Source: Trichosphaerium sp. ATCC 40318 (lineage: Eukaryota; Protista; Tubulinea). Taken from it: 64,000 bases of DNA. The stretch spans positions 248,001-312,000 of the forward strand of contig JALMLS010000322.1 in the NCBI GenBank assembly GCA_038496445.1. Direction: 5' to 3'. This document shows, piece by piece, positions 1 through 11,822 of the stretch. The first letter of the stretch is position 1. Each line of letters begins with the position of its first letter. Below the pieces are notes generated by a model. The model saw only the letters and a list, made by a program, of their open reading frames with translations, had not been told where the DNA came from and did no database searches. The position numbers and the translations under genes are program-made.

Positions 1-1198
1 GGGAATTCTACGATAGGTAAAGCTTGCGGATTACCCGAAAACACTACAAAAGAATGTAAGATTAATCAAAAATAAAAAGTCCAAAAGGTGTTCGCTCTGA
101 GAGACACGAAATATTGGAGTAAGTGATTTTTGACTTTTTTGTATTCACTACAACGTGCCTTGTATATTTATGTATCTATTTATAATACCAAGAAGTAACA
201 TGAATGAATTTTCATGCAAGAATGTCATTAACAACTCAAATGAGAAACTACACATTGTGACACGAAATTTACTTCCACGAAGAACCTTTACTTTGTGGTC
301 ATCCTAAAAACAAAAATTTAAAATATGCAACAAAACATAAGATTCCTGAGGCGTCAAAAATTATTCAAAACCCACCACAACGCCAAGAAATGGCAAAAAA
401 AAGTGTTGAAAAAGTTTTTCTTTTTTTTTTTTTTCTGCTGTTAAGAAATGACATATTACCTGCATTAATTCTCTAGTTGTAATCACTGCAAGCTCTTTTA
501 ATTCTTTATCATGCATTTCAGCGTGCTCAGCGCTAAATTCTTCCATAAATTTCCGTGCTAAAAAAGAGTTTAGTAACAAACGGTGGAATAACCTCCATTC
601 GCGCCGCAAGCGTATTTACGAGCGTCAAGATGGTTTAATAATTGTTTACGTGCCTGCATCATGGTGATGTTTATAAACAAGCTCCAAATAGCAATGAACA
701 AATACAGGGTATAGTATTGACATTAGTTCGGGCTAAATTGAGTTAATGTGATTAGTTTGAAGCCAAATTCATTATTCGCGCCTTGTACATATCTAGAGAT
801 TGTCTACACCAATCCTCTAATGTACTATAGCTGTCTTGATACCTAGATTGATCGTTTTAGATAAATATTTGAATTTTTAATGTAATTTATCTGTTGAAGC
901 CTACCTTCCGACATGTTCTTCGTCTTTGCTCCAGAACATGATAATATTTTGCATTTGCGTGCTATTTTCTAATGAGAGCTTTGTGGCCATGTCGCGTAAG
1001 GACAGGTTCTAAAGACCATAGCGTGAGCGTCTTTCGGTGTAGAGCGGCAAAATTGCTGTTATTAATTAATAGCCTTTCTTGTACCTGCGTAGGAGGCGCC
1101 TCCTCTTTGAATTGTTTCAACGCCTTGTTGTAGCCCCGTTTTTCGAGATACTTCAACACTAACGCGTCCAAACGCGCTTGCGTTTGTTCGTCCTCCAT
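1..1198 (-). CDS. TAF5: TFIID subunit 5, N-terminal part (LisH-like + NTD2); spliced, runs off window start
   Basis: Spliced translation MEDEQTQARLDALVLKYLEKRGY...YQDSYSTLEDWCRQSLDMYKPELMSILYPVFVHCYLELV...ARKFMEEFSAEH matches the TAF5 NTD2 signature; two introns need GC donors (781, 653). Confidence 0.8.
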
Positions 1199-1320
1199 AG
1201 TTGAGCTGTGAAATGTAAACTAACTTCAACACTAGCTTTTAAGAGTTGTAAACTGAAACCAACTGAAAACGACCAACTTTGACAAAAAAAAACAAAAAAA
1301 TAATACGCAGCTTCATCTCA

Positions 1321-2481
1321 ATGGCAAATAGGCGTGGTCGCATAAAAATAGCTAAGCAAACACTCTCAGTGCGTTAACCGATACATGTAATTACTAAAGT
1401 CAAAAAAGGCGTGTACAAAATACCAATACGCACTTGAGAACGGTACAATAGTAAAACTAGACAAAAAAACAATAAACGAGTACGTTAAAAATGGTACACT
1501 CTTTAACGCTATTCAAAATAGACTAAAAACACTTTTTAGGCGTAGTGTACAATATGGTAGATCCATTACAACAGTCGTTGAACATTTTTACTGATCCAGT
1601 AGAAGTTAAAGTTATTTCACAAGATTGTATTAATGCGGCACTCGAACTGAAAGCACAAGGATATAATCCACTCGTTCTGAATATGGCATGTCCTAACACC
1701 CCTGGTGGAGGTTAGTTTTCTCCCTAATTAAGGATTAAAACCCACGTGACATTATACAAGGATTTTTGGAAGGGGATGAAGGTCAGGTGAGGCTATTTGT
1801 TAGAAGTGGATGTTGTGTACCATGTCTGACATAAACAAGGAAGAGAGCATTTTTTTAAGGACGAATTATAATCAGCACGTTGGCATAGGCAACGACGCGG
1901 ACATTTTCTATCCCGTGCCAGAGGTAAACTCTCTTTGCGTTTACAAACTGTTAAACCAATAGTTCCGCTTATTTTCTTAGATTGGTGGTATTTACAGTCC
2001 TAACGTGCACGTGATACGAGGTGGTAAAGCAGAGAGCTTTGCGTTCTTAAAGCAACCGCAGTTGCTTTCGTTCGTAGCTGCAACAGGTTGCCGTAGACCA
2101 CAGGTAGAAGAGGTTGATGGCCAATTTTTTCTTTCAAAGCAAACTGCGGATATTATGAAAGCAAAAATTGCTTCAGTGCTCCACATAGGTACAAGCTTTG
2201 AACTCACTGAGTAGTCTTAGGCGACTTTAATAGAATCTCACTTGTTTTTAGGTGTTAAACATAACCACAACGTTATTGTTCTTGGAGCTCTTGGTTGTGG
2301 CGCTTTTAAGAACCCTGCTCATCATGTTGCTAGAATATTCCATTCTGTGATATTCCCTGAGTTTGCAAATGCTTTTATAAAGATTATTTTCGCTATAATA
2401 GATGATAAACGATCAACAAGGAAGAGAAACCCCACTGGAAACTTCGAACCTTTTTTTTCTGTTTTTTGTAGAACTGAATAG
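1321..2481 (+). CDS. TIGR02452/DUF2263 family macrodomain protein (bacterial-type poly(ADP-ribose) glycohydrolase-like)
   Basis: Spliced motifs LVLNMACPNTPGGGFLEGDEGQEESIFLRTN (GGG-x-QEE catalytic loop), GGIYSPNV, IVLGALGCGAFKNP, IIFAI; start approximate. Confidence 0.85.
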
Positions 2482-2680
2482 GCGTTGTAGCTTCTAAGAA
2501 GTATGTACATATGTTGCAGTGACTGTGAGTGTTATTGCTACACAATACAATAAAGAATCAAGATGCACATTTTCGGTTACATTCCATTCTTTTAAAGTTC
2601 TCATTTTAGTTTTAAAAATTCGCGGTAAAAGTAACCGATTTTTTTTTGTAAAAGTATAAAACATCTTTACCAACGCATCA

Positions 2681-3071
2681 ATGGATAACAAGGCTACTAT
2701 CAAAATTCTTAGAGAAGTAAAGGGTACCAATACAACAAAACGAACGCCTCGTTGTAAAACGTACGTGCTTAGTAGCTCAACTTTTTGGGACGAATCCTTT
2801 GTACAACGCGTTAACACATTGATAGAGGCGTGATGAGTCCCTCAGATAAATTTGTATCTCCAAGTTCGCTTGTGGAGCAAAACAATCGTCAGCGCTTGCA
2901 AGAGTCATTGAATGAGGCTAAAAAGAAGCTGTACGTATTGGCGCCTTTGAGAAAACACAAAAAAGGCGGTTTCATTTTGTAAAAAAAAAGACTGTTGGCA
3001 TCTCATTCTAATCCACTCCTAGGGTATTCACTGCGAACGCCCATACTGATAAAGAAAACACTTTGGCTTAG
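2681..3071 (+). CDS. Small protein with Spo12-like SPSD-x-SP motif and C-terminal KEN box
   Basis: Three exons join in frame: MDNKATIKILREVKGTNTTKRTPRCKTGVMSPSDKFVSPSSLVEQNNRQRLQESLNEAKKKLVFTANAHTDKENTLA*. Confidence 0.45.
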
Positions 3072-3590
3072 AACGCATGCTCTCACTGTACCACTAGAAC
3101 TTGAATAAAACGTTACATTAGAACACCAAGAGTAACTAAACCCTGAAAGGACAACTCTTGGAAATCCATTTCTGAGAAATACATAATCTGTGTATGGACT
3201 TGTTGTTCTCTCCATGGCGAACACTATAGTGTGCTTGTTAGTTTTCGCCTATTATTGGCACGTTTTCTGTGAGTACTTGCCTTAATGAACGGAAGACTTG
3301 GCTTAAAAGAGCGCACTTTGTAGAAATATTTCAAGATTTACTTTGCTGGCAGAAACATGGCGACACGCCTGAGTACGTAACTTGTATTCTCTAGGCCAAG
3401 AATGTGTGCTTAAGACGGTATTTTGCTAGGACAGTAACTACGATGTGCAGGTCTTGTACAGCCTAATGTGTATAGAGTTTTCAACAAGAATTTTTCTCTT
3501 GTTCTGTATACAGCTTTATTCCATTAACATTCGAATATTGGTTTGAGGTACACCGTCATTTTTAAGTAAGCGCCATAAAAAAAAGGAAAC

Positions 3591-5457
3591 TTAACACTTT
3601 GGTACAAGCTTCATAGAAAGTTGGTTTGAAAAATCTGTTTCTGGTGGTACTTTTCCTTCTTGTTGTAATTTTTCCAAGTGTAAGAAAATGTTATGCTTGG
3701 CTATAGGCCAAAGCTTTGTAGATACATCTTTATATACATCCGCAACTATTTTATCAAGAGAGTCATTACCTACAACAAAGTTTAGTTAGAGATTTTTGGA
3801 CTGTGTAAGAATAAAGGAAAAAAACTTATACAAAAAAGATCCATGCACAATTTTGAACCGTCGACAAGTTGACAAGGATTTAGGCCTAAGACCTAGAGGC
3901 AACAGCATTGCTTGCTTTGTACCAGACTCCAAAGGAAGATCCTTGAAACAAGACCGATATACGACCACAAACTAGAATAGAAAAGTTTGGAGATTTTGCA
4001 TACCTTTTGTGTACGAAGCAAAAATAGAATCCTCTCGCTTTTGACGATGTGCAAGGTACTAAAAAGAAGGGAGATAATTAGATCAATTATCGATTGTCTA
4101 CAATACTGTATTGTGCGTACATGTTCGAATAATGCTTTTGGTTCATAGTGAGGACTTCCATGAGCAGGTACAACGCATCCAATATCAAGGTCAATACATT
4201 TTCTTGTTGTTTCGAAGTAGCTCAACATATTCCCACCTGCTGTTGAGTCTAGTAGAGCACTTCCGTAGCCAACAACGTGATCACCTGCAATAAGTGTCCG
4301 GGATTGGTTATCATATAAAAATAAGTGACCATCAGTATGACCCGGTGAGTAAATAATAAGAAGAGATAATTCGCCAACTTTTATAGTATCACCATCTGAA
4401 ACAGTTTTGATCTTAAGAGTTGTTTTGATCCTCTCCTTTGTTTTAACATGGCAATATATTGTTGCATCAGGGTATACACTAGATACAGTATCTAGTGCGT
4501 CAACATGATCTCGGTGATGATGAGTCTGATAAAAACTGTCAAAACAGAAATGCAAGGGTTTGTACATACCAGAAAAATCTTTGGTTCTGCCTTAAAACCT
4601 TTAAGTGTATTTATAAGCTTTGTTAAAGACTCTTCTCCATGAGCTCCAGGGTCTACTATAATCTTTTCTTCACCACTTCCAATTATAGGTAGATTTGTAG
4701 TTGAAAACGGTGCTTGAGTTCGAGACGGGAAAGGAATGACATCTAAATGTTGTACAGTTAAGCAATAAAACTGAAACTAGCTTTAACACACGTGTTTAAG
4801 TACTCAAAAACTATTTTATCACGTGCCTATATTTTTAGCGTATGTAGGTGATATTGGTGTGTTTTTAACACTGTCTATAAACGCGGTGAGAGAGCTTGGC
4901 ATGGATGCATAGTGCTCATTGAGGTTTTTAATGATATGAAGAACAGATGGTTCTAACTTCATCTTTGACGCTTCCCATAACTCAAGTGCATCAGAAGGTA
5001 CAATAAATGTGTGTGTATCAGTTAGTGAAGGCCATTTCGATGTATCACTAACAGGTAGAGCATAAAACGAAAGTTCAACGTTTCTAACAACATGTCATCA
5101 AAATTGTAGCTTGTCACAACATTTTATCTTCTATTTCTTTCTATTTAACACGTACGGTGCTCCTGGTCCGAATGGAGGTGAAGAGTAATCAAGCAAATGT
5201 CGTAGAGAATTACTAAGGTCTGTATCTATGTCCCCAAGCGTCTTTAGGTGATTCACAAGTGTTTCAACTGGTTTGTCACCGTTTTTTAGCGCAACGCATG
5301 GAAATTCGCTAAAACTCTTGTATTTACGTTAAACAACGCCTGAAATACCTTGTTTGCTACTTACTTGGTGCGCTGAATATTTTTTTGTACCGGATGTTAT
5401 AAGAATGCCTTTTGTTTGCTTTACGATTACGGAAACTGCGTATTTTATTGTTTGCAT
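3591..5457 (-). CDS. Metallo-beta-lactamase fold protein (LACTB2-like) with probable Nudix-like N-terminal region
   Basis: THHHRDHVD, SPGHTDGH, IAGDHVVG, PAHG metal motifs; IIVDPG; C-terminal VYKDVSTKLWPIAKHNIFLHLEKL. Confidence 0.85.
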
Positions 5458-6458
5458 GTCAAATACGATCAACCAAGACGAATAAAGAATGACCGCTCAA
5501 AGACTTCACTCTGACTGTTTTTCACAACTGCCTCTTTTGCATATTCAGTTCACACAATACTATTTATCACTTGCTAGTTGGTAACAGAAAAACTACCTGT
5601 TCAGCAAGAGGTGGTATTAGCCTGAAAGTAAGTCACGTGTTGAAGATACAAAACATGTTTTAAAAGCGAGTGGAACATGTGACTGTGACTACTCTTTTGA
5701 TGGTGAACTAGTATCAAAAAATACAAGTTGAAATTGGCAACTTTGTTCTGGATACAACGGAGGTTGTTTACTGTACCCCACTCGTTGTTTTATTAATAAC
5801 ATCATGACTTTTTTAAACATGAAAATAAACGGTTGAATGGCGACTAGGTTGATGCTATATAACGCATGAAGAACTAGAATAAAAGTGTTACTATCGGCCC
5901 AGTGTACGTACACCGGAGTAACGTTCTAAGATATTATTTAACACAAAGCGATAAACCAAGTGCAAATAAAAAAAGTAACATCAAAAAAAAAACAGCATCG
6001 CTGTATTTGTCCTTTATCCTTTATTGTACAATACCCGAATATAAAACCCGAAGTCATGTTGCCTATATACATCCCTAGAGTGTAAATCTTATTTTGGTTT
6101 ACGTTCGAATGAAAGCACAAACCTGTAGGTCGACATGTGTACAGTTATGTAGCTCACTTAACAACTTTTCTTTTAATATTCAAAACAAAGCAAGTGTAGG
6201 GTATATTCACAATAAATAATCTCTTTTACAACTCCGGTGAGAACTTCGGTTAGCTTTTTTTTTCAGTAGCTTAATAAATCCCAGAAAATCTCTCGTAACA
6301 ACCTACTATTAGATTGCAATACAACCCGCGTTATCTCTTCTTGTCTTCGTCCTTCTCATAAAACTTATTGCAGTAACATAGTCAAAAGCAACGGTTTAAA
6401 ACTACACACATTAAACAATACCTACACCGTCCAGACATAATCAAATATACTGTTAATA

Positions 6459-7772
6459 ATGTCACAACACAAAACAAGAGGTACGTTCATTTATTGCGTT
6501 TATATTTGCCCCCTTTGGCTCTATCGTAGAATTCTTTTTCCACTGCCCGTAGAGACGCCTATTTTTATCGTATAATAAAGGAGTACCCCACGTGATGACT
6601 TTTCATAGGTCATGCGTCTAAGAAGAAGACACCTTATAAAATTGGTCGGGAGATAGGTCATGGCGCTACAGCACATGTATATAACGGTTTACATCGAGAA
6701 ACGAAGATGAAAGTTGCTTTGAAAGTGATAAAGCCTGAATTTGTTGAAAAGTGCCCACAACGCATTAGTAGAGAAGTGACTATACAAACAAGTTGTTCTC
6801 ACCCAAATGTTATCCAAATGATGGATTTTTACCAACGCAAAGGTGAGTGTGATTTTCAAGCAACGTGACTATGCAAAACCAAACGAAAATCACGTGATTT
6901 TCAAAAAAGTTGAGAAAGAAAAAGAACAGTGTAATTTTTCTAACTTTTCGTTGTTTGCAGGTAGTGCAGTTATGGTTATGGAGAGAGGACAAATAGATTT
7001 ATTCGATTACAGTGCAAGACACTTCAAAGATTACGAACTTTTGAAGAAAATAGTTAGAGACGTTGCTACTGGTCTAGCGCATATTCACGAGCAAGGTTTC
7101 GTTCATAGAGATATAAAACAAGGTAGGCGCGTTGATACACGCTTTTTTATCCATGTGAAACGCTAACATTATGACGTAGAAAACATTCTCATGTGCAAAG
7201 ATCCTGTTGCTAAAATAACAGATTTCGGACTCGCTATTTCTATCTCAGAGGCTCAAAATGGCACACAGCCTCTTGCTGGAACTAGAGAGGTAAATATATT
7301 TGATACAGCCTTTCATACTTTCGTCATACATGTTTTAATCGATTTTTAGTTTCTACCACCAGAATGCTTCGCTAGCAAGAACGTTCGAAGGTATCCTTGT
7401 CATGGATTCAAATTTGACATTTGGTCACTTGGTCTTTTGACATTAATCCTCCTGGCGCGACGCTCTAAACAGATTGGTAGACCCCTTAAATCAGAAATGA
7501 TTTTAGCAATGAGATTAGACTTTAAAGCTATGGCTAGATACTTTGACGGTGCTGCTGTAAACTTTTTACGACGAACTTTGGAGGTTGACCCCAAAAAACG
7601 TTACAGCGCAAAAGATTGCTTAAAAGATCAATGGCTAAGACCCTCACCACAAATGTCTAGGCTTGTACGAGCACCAAAGGCTATTAGAAAGCGTAGGCTA
7701 AAGAGAAACTCAACAGGGAGACAAACATATAATGTAAAACTAGGTGTAAATAAGAGAACGTTATCAAAATGA
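6459..7772 (+). CDS. Ser/Thr protein kinase (CAMK-like)
   Basis: IGHGATAHV, VALK, HRDIKQEN, DFG, GTREFLPPE, DIWSLG across GT-AG introns. Confidence 0.9.
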
Positions 7773-8215
7773 TAATAAAAAAGTAAAGTATTTTAACATG
7801 TTATCGACTTTTTATCAACGCTAGTAGCGCACATCATACTGTTCTATTCTTAGATATATGTATGTGATTCATAGGTATGACACATGTGCCCACCATTTGA
7901 CAAAAAACAGTTTGTACATTAACCTGTACATACAGGAGTTTAGGAACTTTTTTCTCGAGATTAGTTGAGGTGTCACAAGATTTGACATTGGAGATATAAC
8001 ATCTCCTCATGTGTCATTTGTGAGGGCGTGTTCGTCAAACGACATTTGTCGCGCTTCTTTTTATAGAACGGAAAGTGATCATGCCTATCTTTGGGTGTGA
8101 CATCAGTAGGTCAAAGAAAAAAAAAATTTGTTTTTGTTTCACATGTGACTTGCGTCATGATAACCCGTTCCACTTGCCTAAAACAATCTCACCTACTCCG
8201 AAAGAGCTCTATTAA

Positions 8216-10570
8216 ATGTTATTTCGGCCCTTTTCAGCCAGAATATTTGCTTTGACGGATTTTGGGTGTCAAACTTCTAGAACGACTTCTTTTGGTGTCC
8301 AAACGTATTTAGTTTACTTTGTAATGCGTTCCCAATACATTAGATGCAAACCAGCAAACTATGAAACATTTTAAAACAACAAAACGCCATTTATACTCTA
8401 TTGAACGTAATATATCGTAAAACGTCTATACACGCGTAGACAATTGAGAATCAGATCTTATTCATTTCACCATTGAGATATGTGCGCTAGAACATTCACA
8501 GTTACGTACGCACCTAAAAATAACATATGTAAGCTGATTCGCGTTAATCCTTGCCAGAAACAACCAAATTCATTCCCAACGCCGTCATGCCAAACAACAA
8601 TACAATAACTACACACACAATACATCAGAAAAACGTTTGAACCTTTTTAAACCGTCGACAAGACCTTTCAAAAGACTCAATTCACGTGCGATTAGAAAAA
8701 AGTACACACTCCCTTCTTTTCCCAACAATCCTCATCTTAACATGCCCTTGTCAGATTCTTATCACAAGGAGAAGCATATCAACAACATATACTTGAAGAT
8801 ATAGGTGTTTTGCTTGGTGTAAAGGACATTAGTGATTGGTACAATGTGCAACAAGAGGAAGTTAAAAATCTTGAAAAAAAATTCCCATTGTTGTGCGTTA
8901 TCTTCTTTTGTATGTCGTTATCGTGATGTATTTTTAGACGCAAACGGCTCCTAGATATTCTATTCAGTACCTACGATAACTATGAGTGGAGACCATGGAG
9001 ATTTGAGTGCGTACAATACCGGAGAGTTTAGTTCTAAGAGTTTTTCATAGTCACGAGTTTCTTTCTTTGAACAAGGACTCTAGCAAAAAGAGCTTTTCGT
9101 TGTTTACAAACATATTATCAAGAATCAATATGAAACATAACTTAAACACTCAAACGAAATGGTATGAGTTTATTAGCAAAGACATTTACACCCACGTGGG
9201 ATTCCACAAAGTCAACAGGTAAATATTCATTTTTTAGCGTTCTATAGTAGCTAACACTCTATTTAGCTATGCTGAACCCATAGTACGTATGTTACAGTTA
9301 TTAACACCATACACTTGGGATGTATGGACGTTTAAGTTCGTGACAAATGACATTTTTTTTTGTTTAACATCAGGCTATTAGGTTTATGTGGAGAAACTAT
9401 TGGAATAGTCGTAGTGTGCAGGCAGAGAAACTTGATCACATTGCTTCCCAATTGAATATAAAGCATCTGGATGAATGGTTCGGGATTACTTTTCGTGATA
9501 TCGAAAGATTAGGAGGTAGAAGTGTCATGCAAAAGTAAGTACTACATTGTTTTGTTAAGTCGTTTTAATCAAAATATCAGACATGGTAACTCCCTTCATT
9601 CGGCACTTCGAGCTCTTTACCCATACAAATGGCGTTTGAAACATGCAAGAAAGTTTCCCCAAGGACACTGGAAAAAGAAAGAAAATCAAGAAGAGTTTCT
9701 AAACAACGTATCTCACCAATATAATATTAAAAGTCACAATGAATGGTAAACAAGAATACTTAAAGTATCTTTGTTCTTCTTGTTTAATCCTCACAGGTAC
9801 CGGCTTTCAGAACGACAACTTACTAAGCAATTCGGTCCTGGTGTTTTGAGGTACTATAGAGATATCCTAGAGACTTTGGATCCATCGTTTTCTTGGGATT
9901 GGAGGCGCTTGTCAGCGAAAAACAAGCGGTCAACTCAAAGGTTCATTTTTTTGTTTGGTATTACGTAAATTAAGTTTAGTCTTAGATGGTTATATCACTG
10001 TGTATGTCAAATATTCCCTGATGATGTCGTATTAGAAGAACACTATATTGGCATACCAGCATCTGCTGGTCATTGGCATGTTGTAGATATTTTCATTCCG
10101 ACAAAGAACCTTGTAGTAGAATATCAAGGTAACTTGCCAACAAAAAAATTAACAAACAGTTTACCGATGATAGGTGAGCAGCACTATAATGATAATGTCA
10201 TATTCCAAAGTATGCCTGCATCAGCTCTTCAAGCCCGTGATATTAGCAAAGCAGAACTATGTACCTCACTAGGTAAAGAAGACCTTACCTCATTCATTCC
10301 TTGTTTTTTCTCACCTTTCACGTCAGGTTTGACACTCGTACCTATACCTTACTGGTGGCGTGGAGACATAGACTCTATAAGAGCAACAATTGCAAGCTAT
10401 GTACCATCTATGGTCAAGGTGTCAGGCGACCACAAACCTCTTTCGTGGCTAAATACAAGTACGCTATACTTAAACTAGTCTACTTAACTTTATTTGTTGT
10501 ATTTAAACTCAATTTAGGCTCCACTTTTCACTTACCATTAATGGCACCAAGAGAAAGTACACCATTGTAG
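8216..10570 (+). CDS. Trp-rich ~70-aa repeat protein (4 repeats) with C-terminal RAP/DUF559-like domain, paralogue 1
   Basis: Repeat such as NYWNSRSVQAEKLDHIASQLNIKHLDEWFGITFRDIERLGGRSVMQKHGNSLHSALRALYPYKW; C-terminus VDIFIPTKNLVVEYQGEQHY...RDISKAELCTSLGLTLVPIPYWW; 5' end uncertain (ATG 8157 or 8216). Confidence 0.8.
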
Positions 10571-10736
10571 ATGTAATATTAACATAAAAATATTGTAGCA
10601 CTTGGGTTAGCGTGACTTCTCTGTTCGCTTAATTATTTTTATATTAATAGTCTTCTCAGAGCATATTTTTGTGAGTTGCAATAATAACCTGAGTTCACAA
10701 AATGAGATTTATTAAAACGTTTTGTTTGCGTTTATT

Positions 10737-11387
10737 TTAGAGGACCATGTTATATACCATGAACATTGCTGCTACTGGAAGTGGTGCAGCGTATGCATAT
10801 GGAAAGATCCAAGAAGGTAAGAGCATTGTAGTCATGGAATACTGCAATGCAGCGAGGTAGTACATATAGAAAGGTAGGAAGGTTGTTGGAACGTGATAGC
10901 ATAGAACACGAAGAGGAACTAGTATTCCTGGTTTTGGAGCGTTCAAGTATGCATACACATAGCCTACACATGTTGTTAAAAAACTACATTGTAAAACAAA
11001 ATAAAAACGCGGAAAAGAAAGGCAAAAAAACAAAGTCAAAAAGGTTATAAACACTTTGACAAGAAAAAATCAAGACGTAAAAAAGCTACAAAGTGACTCA
11101 CCACAACGACAGAGGAACATCAGAAGGCTTGCGTATTCCATGAATACGTTATCAACACCTACTGTCAAACATACAATTGTACATAAACCCCAATGAAGCA
11201 AAGCTAAAACAGTATTGGTGAGTTTACTTTTTTCCGAAATCCTGAAAACCAAAACGTAAAAAACTTGTGTGAAATCACAAACGGGGTTTTGTAAAACGCC
11301 GAAATCACCGAACATGACAAAATTTGTACAAACCTTCCTTGCTATTCTCAATACATCCTTTGACTCGTTCAAGGTAGTTAGCGACAT
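10737..11387 (-). CDS. Small multi-pass membrane protein, unknown function
   Basis: Three exons with hydrophobic segments (TVLALLHWGLCTIVCLTVG; LPVAAMFMVYNMVL). Confidence 0.5.
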
Positions 11388-11822
11388 CTCTGTTCCTTTT
11401 TCCCTCTTTTTCGATAACACGTTCAGCTTCTGCACGTGGAGAAACACCCTGTTAATCAAACGATGAGATACAGCTTGCTTATGAGTTCAAAGAGTTTCGT
11501 GAGCGTACAGTCATAATATCTGGGTTTCTTGACATGTAACGAGCTAAAAAGCTGATACTGACCCAATGTAAACCCTCTAGGGCAGCTAGACAAAGAACTG
11601 GATTCATGGCTGTTGTAGTTTTGTTGTTTAAAGAATGACAAACAGCAAGCCCTGCTTAAATCCGCTTAAGTAGTAGCCGGTTCAATGAACTTGTAGAAGC
11701 GTGACACTACTTCTGGAAGTTTTGGTGACTTGTAATCATAATTTAAGAGTAGTTTGTATATAGATTTCAGTAAGCTTTGATTAAGTTGTTCGATTTTATA
11801 TTTTTTTTACAAGTTACAACTT

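Noticed and set aside
3790-3995. Possible H/ACA snoRNA in a long intron of the metallo-beta-lactamase gene
   Set aside because: First hairpin lacks a proper pseudouridylation pocket and spacing to the putative H box is too short
5500-6400. Exon-like fragments here and at 3120-3480, 20500-21600, 32200-32650, 48400-48800 and 53200-53800
   Set aside because: Splice signals are present but no consistent gene model or recognisable domain could be built by eye; left unannotated
7391-7398. GTATCCTT resembling a U12-type donor
   Set aside because: Lies inside the kinase coding exon (RYPCHG); no intron needed and no AT-AC introns were found
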